DNA of 63,530 nt, counting the filler, from Chiloscyllium plagiosum (Eukaryota), in the NCBI RefSeq assembly GCF_004010195.1. It is 4 parts of one record of this genome, joined end to end, with 100 filler letters (N's around TTAATTAATTAA, not from the genome) between each part and the next. Parts side by side here need not be neighbours in the genome. Positions count along the whole stretch, not along the records: positions 1 to 30,048 come from NC_057711.1; positions 30,149 to 51,757 come from NC_057711.1; 2 more parts are not named here. The stretch is one strand, 5' to 3'. Position numbers and translations under genes: made by a program. Within the stretch, counting starts at the first letter, position 1. Each line of letters begins with the position of its first letter. Below, piece after piece: positions 25,620-37,300 of the stretch. The notes beneath the pieces were generated by a model. The model saw only the letters and a program-made list of their open reading frames with translations. It was not told where the DNA came from and ran no database searches.

Positions 25620-26165
25620 TAGAGTCGTAGAGTCACAGAGTTGTACAGCACAGAAACAGATCTTTTGTCCAACCCGTCCATGCCGACCAGATATCCTAAC
25701 CTAACCTAACCTCGTCCCATTTGCTAGCATTTGGTCAATATCACTCTAAACCCTTCCTATTTATATAGTCATCTGGATACCTTTTAAATATTGTAACTGT
25801 ACCAGCCTCCACTACTTTCTCTCGCAGCTCAGTCCATACATGTACCACCCCTTTGGTGCCTTTTAAATTTGAATCCTCTCACCTTGAACCTATGTGCTCT
25901 CATTTTGGACTCCCCTACACTGGGGAAAAGACCTTGCTTATTCACCCTATCCTTGCGCCTCATGATTTTGTACATCTCTAGTTGTTCACCTTCAGCCTCC
26001 GATGCTCCTGGGAAAACAGCCCCAGCCTATTCAGCCTCTCCCAAAAGCTCAAACCTTCTAACCCCGGCAACATCCTTGAAAATCTTTTCTGAATCCTTTC
26101 AGGTATAACAACATTCTTCTGATAGGAGGGGGACCAGAATTTGATACAGTATTCCAAAAGTGGCC
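25620..26165 (-). mobile_element. CR1 3' end (paralogous copy at 27098-27640)
   Basis: RPLLEYCIKFWSP..ERIQKRFSRMLPGLEGLS, with the same truncation junction in both copies. Confidence 0.88.
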
Positions 26166-28449
26166 TCATTCTTCTCGAGGGGCAAATGAGGACATGCAAT
26201 AAACGCTGGGTCCAGCCAGTGATGCCCCCATCCCCTGAATGAATAAAGAAATATAATTGTGGACTGTGTGCCCTGGGTTAAGGTGGAATGTAGGAGGATG
26301 ATCTCCAGAGTTCGATCATGATCTTGTTTCTGATTGTTGCAGGGAAGCCTCACGTTGTACCAACTACAGGTCACTAGCCCCAGCCCCCTCTCTGTCTGCA
26401 ATATATCACACAGCGGGTGTAGAATACCTCAACTGATTCCTTAGAATCCCTTAACAGTCCAGGTTGAGCAGGAAGTGGGGAATTCCCAAGTCTTTGAGAT
26501 ATTTAACAATGTGTGTTTCAGAGTGAGAAGGTTGTTATTCAGAACCCTGACAGCAGACTGAGCTCCCAGCAAGGCTTGGGAGCAGGTTCTGGGTAGGGGG
26601 CAAAGGAATACAGAGTGACAATGTCTGAACAATGGCATTAAGGGTGGGTATACAATGATATAGTGCCTGAGGGAACATGAGGCATAACGGGACTACAGGA
26701 AGGGAACTCGGAGGTGAGTAGTTGACAGACCAGGGGTTCACATGAGCTAATGAGAGGAACACTGACTGTACACCTCCCTCAGACCAGGAGTATATGGACA
26801 CATCAGGAGCACACTCCCTGTGTACACAATGGGAGCAGGGTGCCTGAACTGTGTTCACACTGAGAAACCAAATGTACACATTCTCCGTAACCACTGACAT
26901 AGTGGTAGCACTCTCTGTGACAGGTGTTTGTGTATGTGTATCTCGGTATTAGTTCCTATATGGTTTGTGTGTGTCTCTGTGTCAACCTCTGTGATTTGGG
27001 AATATATTGTTATTTCTGGCTTAAAAGCCTGGAGTTCTGTCCCCAAGGCATTGTGGATCTACCTACAGCACAATGGGACTGTAGCCCCCCATCCCTTAGA
27101 ATCACAGAATCAAGGAGCTGCACATCAGGGAAACAGTGCTTTGATCAAACTTGTCCATGCCGACCAGATGTACTAAATTAATCTGGTTAGCATTTGGCCC
27201 ATATCCCTCTAAACCCTTCCTATTCATATACCCATCCAGATGCCTTTTAAATGTTGTGATTGTACCAGCCTCCACCACTTCCTCTGGCAGCTTGTTCCAT
27301 GCATGCACTACCCTCAATGTGAAAAAGTTGCACCTTAGGTCCCTTTTAACTCCCCTCTCATCTTAAATCAATGCCCACTAGTTTTGGACTCCCTTACCCT
27401 GGTGAAAAGCCATTGACTATTTACCCATATATCTCATGATTTTATAAACCTCTATTAAGTCTCCCCTCAGCCTCTGATGCTCCAGAGAATATAGCTGCAA
27501 TCTATTCAACCTCTCCCTTTAGCTCAAATCCTCCAACCCTGCCAACACCATAGCAAATCTTGACTGCATTCTTTCAAGTTTAACAACATCCTTCCTATTG
27601 CAGGGAGACCAGAATTTGATACAGTATTCCAAAAATGGCCTCACCCTTCTCGAGGGGGCAAGTGAGGACATGCAATAAATGCTGGGTCTAGCCAGTGACG
27701 CCCCCATCCCCTGAATGAATAAAGAAATATAATTCTGGGCTTTGTGCTCTGTGTTGAGGTGGAATGTAGGAGGATGATCTCTGGAGTTCGATCCTGATCT
27801 TGTTTCTGATTGTTGCAGGGAAGCCTCACATTGTACCGACTACAGGTCACCAACCCCAGCCCCCTCTGTGTCTACAACATACCACACAGCTGGTGTAGAT
27901 TACCTCAACTGATTCCTTAGAATCCCTTAAAATTCCAGGTTGCGTAGAAAATGGGGAATTCCTGAGTCTCTGGAATATTTAACACTGAGTGAAGTGAGGA
28001 TGTCTGGAATATTTAACACTATGTATTTCAGGGTGAAGTGAGGATCGCTGGTTGTTATTCAGAACCCTGACAGCAGACTGAGCTCCCAGCAAGGCTTGGG
28101 GGCAGGTTCTCGGTAGGGGAGAGAGGAACACAGAGTGACAATGTCTGAACAATGGCATTAAGGGTGGATTTGCAATGATATCATACCTGAGGGAACGTGA
28201 GGCACATTGGGACTGCAGGAAGGGAACTGGAGGTGAGTAGTTGACAGACCAGGGGTTCACATGAGCTAGTGAGAGGAACACTGACTGTACACCAACCTCA
28301 CACCAGGAGTATATGGACACATCAGGAGCACACTCCCTGTGTACACAATGGGAGAAGGGTGCACAAACTGTGTTCACACTGAGAAACCAAGTGTGTAATC
28401 ACTGACATAGCAGTAGCACTCTGTCTGTGTATGTTCTGACAGGGTTTCA

Positions 28450-28792
28450 GTGGATGGTTTGTGTGTGTCTGTGTATCAATGTTTGTGTGAGTTTATGTAT
28501 GTGATTGTGTAAGTGTGTGAGAGTGTGGGTATGAGTGTGTACGTGATTGTGTGGGTGTGAATATGTATGTGTGTTTGTATGAATGTGTTTGCGTCTATGA
28601 GTGTATATGTGTGAATATGTATGAGAGTGTGAATGTATGTGTGTAAGCAAGTGAGTGAATGCATATGTCAGTGTGTGTGAGTTTGTGTAAATGTGTGTGT
28701 GTGTGTGTGTCAGTGACTGTGAGTGTATGTAAATATATGTGTGACTGTGAGTTTGTATGTGTGTGTCAGTCATTATGCGTGTGTGTATGTTT
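28450..28792. repeat. Degenerate (TG)n microsatellite
   Basis: TG/TA-rich simple repeat. A similar tract lies at 11455-11630. Confidence 0.9.
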
Positions 28793-28794
28793 TC

Positions 28795-29570
28795 ACTCTG
28801 GAAAAGGAGAATATTGTAGAGAAGAAGAATCAGATATGAGGTAGTAGACTAGAAAGGATCGAAGTTAGTAAGGAAGAGGTGTTATCAATTCTAGAAGGAG
28901 TGAAAGTAGACAAGTCCCCTGGGCTGGATGGGATTTATCTGTGGATTCTCTGGGAAGCTAGAGAGGAGGTGTTGGAGCCTTTGGCTTGTTGCTCTTTAGT
29001 CGTCATTGTCTACAGGTTTAGTACCAGAGGACTGGAGGATTGCAAAATGTTGTGCCCTAGTTCAAGAAGGGCACCAGAGATGACCCAGGTAATTATAGAG
29101 CAGTGAGCCTTATGTCTGTTGTAGGAAAAGGTTTGGAAAGGATTATAAGAGATAGGATTTCTAATCATCTAGCAAGTAACAATTTGATCGCAGATAGTTA
29201 ACATGGTTTTGTCAAGGGCAGGTCATATCTCACAAACCTCATTGAGTTTTTTGAGAAGGTGACCAAGCATGTGGATGAGGGTAGGGCAGTTGACGTGGTG
29301 TACATGGACTTCAGTAAAGCCTTTGATAAGGTTCCACATGGTAGGCTGTTGGAGAAAATGCAGGGGTATGGGATTGTGGGTGATTTAGCAGTTTGGATTA
29401 GAAACTGACTTTCAGGATGAAGGCAGCGAGTGATGGTTGAGGGAAAATATTCAGCTGGAGTCTGGTTACTGGTGATGTGCCACAAGGATCTGTTTTGGGA
29501 CCACTGCTGTTTGTCATTTTTATAAATAACTTAGGTGCAGGCATAGGTGGATGGGTTAGAAAATTTGGCA
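28795..29570 (+). mobile_element. CR1 ORF2 RT fragment
   Basis: [38 protein letters not shown] and [12 protein letters not shown]. Confidence 0.9.
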
Positions 29571-29789
29571 TTCTGGATTAGTGGTGCTGGAAGAGCACAG
29601 CAGTTCAGGCAGCATCCGAGGAGCACCCACAGATCCCACTATCACTATTCCCGGCCCCCAGAATCCTGAGAGGAACACCACCCCTGTTCATGACTCCATC
29701 CCCATTCCCCCCACCATCACACCCACTCCAGTTACAGGCTCCGCCCCCATTCCCAGCTCCACACTCACTCCCAACTCCACACCGGCTCT

Positions 29790-30048
29790 GCTCCTGATAC
29801 GGTCTCCTCTACATTGGGGAGACTGGACGCCTCCTAGCAGAGCGCTTTAGGGAACATCTCCGGGACACCTGCACCAATCAACCACACCGCCCTGTGGCCC
29901 AACATTTCAACTCCCTCTCCCACTCTGCCAAGGACATGGAGGTCCTGGGCCTCCTTCACCGCCGCTCCCTCACCACCAGACGCCTGGAGGAAGAACGCCT
30001 CATCTTCCGCCTCGGAACACTTCAACCCCAGGGCACCAATGTGGATTT
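29790..30048 (+). mobile_element. Penelope-like GIY-YIG fragment of a second family, running into a gap
   Basis: LLYIGETGRLLAERFREHL...VAQHFNSLSH...RRLEEERLIFRLGTLQPQGTNVD. Confidence 0.85.
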
Positions 30049-30148
30049 NNNNNNNNNNNNNNNNNNNNNNNNNNNNNNNNNNNNNNNNNNNNTTAATTAA
30101 TTAANNNNNNNNNNNNNNNNNNNNNNNNNNNNNNNNNNNNNNNNNNNN
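30049..30148. other. Assembly gap with artificial linker (also at 51758-51857 and 59563-59662)
   Basis: N44-TTAATTAATTAA-N44, exactly 100 bp, three times. Confidence 0.97.
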
Positions 30149-30384
30149 CCTTTCACCCTAACAGGAATATACTTTCTCTGGATTCTCGTTATCTCATTTC
30201 TGAAGGCTTCCCATTTTCCAGACATCCCTTTACCTGCGAACATCTGCCCCCAATCAGCTTTCGAAAGTTCTTGCCTAATAACGTTTTCTGAAATGTGCTG
30301 ATTGAGGACAGCAGCTTAGAGAGAACAAGCTCTGAGTACTCTGCCTGGCCCAAATTGAGGGCACAATGCCGTGGGGTTGGGAAA

Positions 30385-30780
30385 GGAAAAGAAAATTCCT
30401 GCATTTCTGTAACGCCCAGGGCTTTCCAAAAGCCATTGCAGCCAATGAAATGCATTTGAAGAGGTGCAAGGTGGGAGTTGCCACAGTGAATGTGTGCACA
30501 GCAGGATCCCACAAAGAGCGGAACGATTGCGAAATGATAACCTGTTTTCATCATGTTGATTTAAGGGATGGATTTCAGTCAGAGCATCTGGGGAAAATGC
30601 CTGCTCATCTTCAAATTGTGAGTGCAGGCTCATTTATCACATGCTGAGTGGGAAGACAGGGAGTCAGCCTAACATCTCTCCTGAAAAATGGCACACTGAC
30701 CGTATTGCATGGAGACCATCGACCTGCCTTGCAGGCTCTTATCTCTTGATCCCATGACCTGGCGACTCAGAGAGGACACG
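30385..30780 (-). mobile_element. Decayed Deu-domain SINE (SacSINE1/AmnSINE-like)
   Basis: The reverse strand resembles the Deu domain and tail as I recall them (tttgtgggatcctgctgtgcaca...ttcattggctgcaatggcttttgga...gaaatgcaggaattttct). Similar relics at about 12995-13170, 44115-44260 and 59060-59340 (+). Confidence 0.6.
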
Positions 30781-31260
30781 GATGCCAACAGAGGCCCAAC
30801 TGGAGCTACCAAATAAGGCTGGGCCGCTTTGTCCTCAGGACTATCCCACCTCCTGACCTCTGCTTTCTGAACTACAGGTCATTGCCAAACCATGGGCAGG
30901 TTGGTCTTCTCACTGCTGGGAGACCTGAATTAGGTTCTGGATCAGCCAGCAAGCAGCTAATGAGGCCTCAGCTGCTCAAAAAAGATTAGGGAATGCTTCA
31001 GGGCCATCGGAGGGTCAGCAACAACCTGAACTGGAGTGATAGAGAGAGAAAAAGATTAACAAGCTAATCTGAAATGCAGGATGCATTGATGGAGATTCTG
31101 AGAAACCATGGGAGGAAAGAAAAAGGTTCTAATGATGGCAGAAGCTGCATAAAGATTTGCAAAGTTCAATTGAGCTGATTCTGTAACATGAAAGGCAATA
31201 TAGGAATATAAGTTATTGTTGTTTGGCTAGTTTCTGTAAATTCTGGGGACGGGTTCATAC

Positions 31261-31378
31261 CTTGAGTGACAGTTGTCACATACTTTGTGGGACTTGGCCT
31301 CCCCTCCTCTGTCACGCTACGTGCCTTCACTGTCACACGGTACCTGGTCCCTGGTTTCAGATTCCCAACATCCATTTC
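31261..31378 (-). CDS. EGFLAM: EGFLAM-like exon (second half of FN3-1)
   Basis: Acceptor ctctctctctctgtctccag|GAA, 118 nt, [39 protein letters not shown]+G with the FN3 LxPxTxYxVxVxA motif, donor CAAG|gtatga, phase 1. Confidence 0.93.
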
Positions 31379-34300
31379 CTGGAGACAGAGAGAGAGAGGG
31401 GGATAGAGAGAGAAAGAGAAATGCAACAAGTTCAACACAGGAGCCAAGCATCACACATGTTATCACACACTGTGACTCACATGGGTACCACACACTGTGA
31501 CACACATGCTATCACTCACTGAGACACACACGGATGCCACAAACAATAAGACACAAAATAGCACTCCCTGAGACACGCATGGGTATCACACAATGTAACC
31601 CATCTGGGCATCATCTATTATTCCCAGGTAACATCACAAAGTCTGTCATTGTATTGAACAAATATTGTATTGAATAAACAGCTGTGGAACACAGACTGAC
31701 TCCAGCTTTAGCAAGTAGGTGACTAGCAGTTTAACATCACAGTATTGGATCAACTTCCATCTCTTCAGGTGGGAGGGGAAATCAGAATTTTAAACACGTC
31801 TATCTGGTCACTTCTCAGCCTCCAATGCTCTAGTGAAACAATTCAAGTTTGTCCAAGCCCTCCTTCTTGTTAAAACATTATTGAAAATACACTTGCTGAT
31901 TCTATTACAAGTGCTGGACAAGATGACTAAATGGATAAGTCTGTGTTTGTGTTCAAATGGATAAAGAATTATGAATCAAACACACCTCAACCTGGTTAGT
32001 GTATCAAGTCTTGGAAGATATGACTTTGCCCTATTGTAGGTGTTCTGTTACCTCAGGAATTTAATAAATGTGTGGCTGCAGACTTGAAAATACTAGTCGG
32101 AGGTCAAAGTGTTTCCAGAATGACCTTACTTAAATTGAGGGCTGCATTCCTGAAAATCGCAATTTAAATGAGAGAAAAAAATCTTTTAAGTGAACCATCA
32201 TTCCTCTGGGAATCAAATATTAAAAATGGAGTTGGGTTAGGGTCTACCTTGGCAGAAGAAATCTAAAATAGCATACCTGCACTCTCTAAGTAGGAGTGCT
32301 TTAAATGCCTAGATTGGGAAATGAAGTAACAAAAAAAAATGTATTTAATTTCATACACCAGTTTCAAGGTATAGCAAAATTTACCAAGGATCCTTAGGCA
32401 GCACCTTCCAAACCAATGACCACTTCCAAATAAGAGAACAAGGACAGCAGATACATGGCACATCAACTCATGCAAGTTCCCCTCCAAGCCACTCACCATC
32501 CTGACTTGGAAATGCATTGCCATTACTTCATTGTTGCTGGGTCAAAATCCTGGAACTCCCTCCCTAAGAGCATTTTGGGTCAATCTGCAGCATACGGACT
32601 GGAGGAGTTCAAGAAGGCAGCTCATCACCATCTTCTCACGGGGCAACTAGGGATGGGGAATGAACGATGGCCTAGCCAGTGTTACCCAAGCCATGAATGA
32701 ATTTTAAAAATTATGTTTAAAACGTCACCGATCAAATTGAAATGTGACAAAGTGGAGGACATTTATAAAACTGAGCCATAAGAAGCTTTCCACCATAATT
32801 CGGCTGGAAGGTAGAAGACAGAGGGTGGTGATGGAGGGTTGTTTTTCAGACTGGAGGCCTGACACCAATGGAGTATCACAAGAATCAGTGCTGGGTCCAT
32901 TACCTTTTGTCATTTATATAAAAGATTTGGATGTGAACATGGGAGGTATGGTTAGTAAGTTTGTAGATGACACCAAAATTGGAGGTGCAGCGAAGAAGGT
33001 CACCTCAGATTACAATGAGATCTTGATCAGATGGGCCAATGGACTGAGGAGTGGCAGATGAAGTTTAATTCAGATAAATGTGAGGTGCTGCATTTTGGGA
33101 AAGCAAGTCTTAGCAGGACTTACACACTTAATGGTGAGGTCCTCGGGGATGTTGCTGAACAAAGAGATCTTGGAGTGCAGGCTCATAGCTCCTTAAAAGT
33201 GGAGTCACCGGTAGATAGGATAGTGAAGAGGGCGTTTGGTATGATTTGCTTTATTGGTCAGAATATTGAGTATAGGAGTTGGGAGGTCATGTTGCGGCTG
33301 TACAGGATGTCAGTTAGTCCACTTTTAGAATATTGTGTGCAATTCTGGTCTTCCTATCGGAAGGATGCTGTGAAACTTGAAAGGGTTCAGAAAAGATTTA
33401 CAAGGATGTTGCCAGGGTTGGAGAGTTTCAGCTATAGAGAGAGGCTGATTAGGCTGGAACTATTTTCCCTGGAGCGTTGGAGCTGAGGAGTGACCTTATA
33501 GAGGTTTATGAAATCATGAGGGGCATGGAAAGGATAAATAGACAAAGTTTTTTCCCTTGGAGTGGGGGTGTTCAAGACTAGAGGGCATAGGTTTAGGGTG
33601 AGAGGGGAAAGATATAAAAGAGACTTAGTGGGTGGTGCATGTATGGAATGAGCTGTCAGAAGAACTGGTGGCGGCTTGTACAACTATAATATTTAAAAGT
33701 CATCTGGATGGATAAATGAATAGGAAGGGTTTAGAGGTAAATGGGCCAGGTGCTGGCAAATAGAACTAGATTAGGTTGGGATATCTAGTCAGCATGGATG
33801 TGTTAGACCAAAGGGCTTGTTTCTGTGGTATACATCTCTACGACTCCATAAAGGAAGGTTTAAATCGCAAGAATACACACCTGCCCTATTTATATACTTT
33901 ATTGCAGTAAAATATCTCAAGACCCTGCAGAGGTGTGGAATAAGAACAAATTAAACTTTAAATAACTAAATGGAGATATCTGGGTAGATTTCCTGTGCTT
34001 TCCCAAAAGGTTAGTCATTAAGGACCATCTTAAAGATGGTGAGAGAAGCCAAGAGGTTTAAGGACGGTGGGTGGGGAGTGGCCAGGGCCCAGGCAGCAGA
34101 AGCCACGACCACCAATGGTTGAACAATCCAAAACAAAGGCTAGAATTAGAGGAACTCAGATATGTCAGTGACTGAGCAAAATCCCAGAGATAAGGATAAC
34201 AAGGATGAGAATTCGGAAATCGAGGCATTGCCCATACTGGGTGCCAATGTAACCCCATAAGTTGAGAAAGTGAGTGGTGAACAGAACTTGGTGAGAATTC

Positions 34301-37300
34301 AGATACATGCAGCAATGTTTCAGGTGAGCTCTAGTTTACAGATATTGGAAGATGGTGACTCAGCAAGAGGGCACTGCCAAGTACTGCTCCACAGCTACCT
34401 GATGAAGGAGTAGCCCTCTGAAAGCTAGATCTTCCAAATAAACCTGTTAGACTATAACCTGGTGTTGTGTGATTTTTAACTTTGTCCTTCCCAGTCCAAC
34501 ACGGGCACCTCCACATCAAGTCTAGAAGAATCAAAGAATATTCCCATGGGAACTAAAATTCAATTGACAGGGTCAGAAATATTATTTGGATATTCAAGGT
34601 ACTTACATACATTTGTGGACTTTTCATCTGGTCCTGCAAAACAGAAATAAAAATGAAAAATTTTGCCAATACTCAACATTGCTGTTTCCTCCAGAGCTAG
34701 CCTCTGAGAGGGGGTAATATGTGTGTGTGGGGAGATCACTGCTTTTTCATGCTGCTATCACCATATCCATTGGCAGTGTCCCACAACAAGAAACTGAACC
34801 TGCATTGTTGGGACAAGTCATTAGGGCCAGTCAAGGGCACTGTTCCCTGATTTGGGTTAACATACAAGGGAGATGGGAGCTTGTGGCATTGTAGGAATGT
34901 CACTGTACTTGTCATCTAGATGCTCTAAGTGAATGCTGTGGGAGCAGTAGTTCAAATCCCACCACAGCAGCTGACGAATTTTAAATTCAATTAATGAATC
35001 AGGAATCATTAGCTTCCCTCAGTAATGGTGGCTGTGAAACTATCATTAATCATTGTTAACTAATGTCCTTTGCTGTCCTTAACCTGTCTGACCTATACAT
35101 GACTCCAAACCCACATCAATGTGGTTGACTATGAACTACCCGTCAGAAACAGCCGAGCAAGACATTCAATTCATTCGGGATTGAAGGCAAATGCCAATCT
35201 TACCATGACACCACATGCCCCAAAAAAGAGTTAAAAGAACAAAGGGTTAAAGGGTGCTCTTAGGAAATAAAGGGTTTGGACTTGGAATACGACAGGATGG
35301 AGGTTATTCTGAAATCTCTTAAAAAACAGCAACTGACTTCAGTTCTGGTCGTTGTACCTCAGGAGGAAGACATTGGGCCTTGAAGAGAGCACAGTGTGGA
35401 TTCACCAGAACAATGACGCTAAGTTAGATGTTCCTGTAACCAGAAATTTCAGAAGCAGGCCTCACCGTCTAAGGGTAGGGGTAGGCTCTTTTGGACTGTG
35501 AGGAGCAGAAATTTCTTCACCTGGAGAGTAGTGAGTCTGTGGAATTCTCTGACACAAAAAGCAGTTGAGGCCGAAACATTGAATGTTTTCAAGATGGAGA
35601 TATAGTTCTTCAGGCTGAAGAGGCCAAAGAGAAACTGGGAATAGGGCATTAAGTTGGATGATCAGCCCTGATCATACTGAATGGTTGAGTAATCTTGAAG
35701 GGCCTGCTTCTGCTCCTATTTTCTATGTTTCTATTTCTATGTTATGAGGACAGGTTGCATATATTCGGTTTGTATTCCCTCCATTATAGAAGATTAAAGG
35801 CTGCCTTGTTTGAGATGGGTGAGGATTTGATATAGGAGATGGAGTGAAATGATACTGTAACCAGCGAATCCCAGAGCTGAAAGGGGAAACCAGTTGTTGG
35901 GGAAAATGCAATGAAACACCATGAGTTGGGCTTGATGCATCATCGTTGGCAAAATAGCAGGCTAGTTCAGACACACTCTGATACAAATTTAAAGTCCAAT
36001 GGCAGAGGCATCAAGTGGGTTGCTTACTGTAGACTTGACCAAGGCCTTAAACTTCATTCCCAATTAAAGGGCTTCTGCCACTGCAGTGACCTAACAAAAT
36101 CCCATCAAAGGTGTTCAAAAGGAGGCAGGCCTGTTCCCATTGGAATATGGCAAGTCTGGCCTCAGTGTAAAATCCAGTCTGGGTGGAAAGCAAATCTGAT
36201 CACCCATTGTCGTACTTCCAGAATGACAATTAAATGTGTTTTTCAGATGTGGGCATCGCCGGCTGGGCCAGCATTTATTGCCCATCCTTAGTTACCCCTT
36301 GAGAAGGTGGGGGTGAGCTGCCTTCTTGAACTGCTCAAGGTAGACCCACAATGTCATTAGGGAGAGGATTGCAGGATTTTGACCCAACAGCACAGAAGGA
36401 ATGGTGATATATTTATAAGTCAGGATGGTGAGTGGCTTGGAGGGGAACTTGTGGGCAGTGGTGTTCCCATGTATCTACTGCCCTTGTCATCCTAGATCGT
36501 AGTGATTGCAGGTTTGGAAAGTGCCAATCACACAATCAATCTTTGACAATCGTTAATTAACTCAAAGGATAATAATTTCATGCTTTTGCTTCCTATTGAC
36601 TAATGTTTATTGATGAAATATTATTGACAAACCCCCTATAATGTCAGATACTAACCATTCTGTGATTGTCCTGGTTGAAGAGTAGATCCTGGGCTATCTT
36701 GGGCAGGACAGGTCTGTTACCTTTCATCTCTGTGTACAACACCTGGTCAATAAAAAAAACAAAGATACAGCTTAGGTGGAGTGTAACTCACTCAAATGGA
36801 TTTCAAAAATTCCAAATTTCCAGACAGTTCACAGGATGTCCTTTAATTTACTTTTCGGGTACTAGGCCAGTCAGGAAATTCCAACATTCCAGTCTTCCCT
36901 CAGCTGGGGACTGTGACCAGGAGACTCTCCCCCACTGACCAGAAGAAATGATTGATAACCTCCTTATCCATCTAGAATGAGGACAGTGTCTGCAACAGAA
37001 TTATATGGTGCAGAAAGAGGTTGTTCAGCCCCTTGTGCCTGCACTGGTTCTATTCCTTAGTGCCAATCTCCTGTCTTTTCCCCATATCGTTGCACTCCAT
37101 TTCTATCCAAATATCCATCCAATGCCCCTCTTGAATGCTCAATTGAACCTGTCTCTACCACATTGCCACACAGTGCATACCCCAACTACTCGTTGGGTGT
37201 AAAGATTTATTTTTCACATCACCCTTGATTCATTTGCACAGCACTTTCAGTCTATGCCCTCTTGTTCTTATTCCTTTTATGAGTGGGAACAGCTTCTCCC

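Larger units (their letters stand above)
17480..28450. repeat. Local tandem segmental duplication: core copies at about 17480-18240, 23965-25500 (split by Tx1), 26245-27000 and 27720-28450, plus a partial copy at 11320-11660/12733-12775
   Basis: Shared text such as ttattcagaaccctgacagcagactgagctcccagcaaggcttggg in four copies. The last two copies are offset by about 1476 bp and share the same CR1 insertion. Confidence 0.92.

Noticed and set aside
26538..26690. Hairpins (gctccca..tgggagc and gtgcct..aggca) in the duplicated core, suggesting an H/ACA snoRNA or miRNA cluster
   Set aside because: Stems are short, the H and ACA boxes are not consistently kept across copies, and I see no compensatory changes.
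30093..30104. TTAATTAATTAA inside N runs (also 51802 and 59607)
   Set aside because: Identical N44-12-N44 layout three times, which marks an artificial scaffolding linker.
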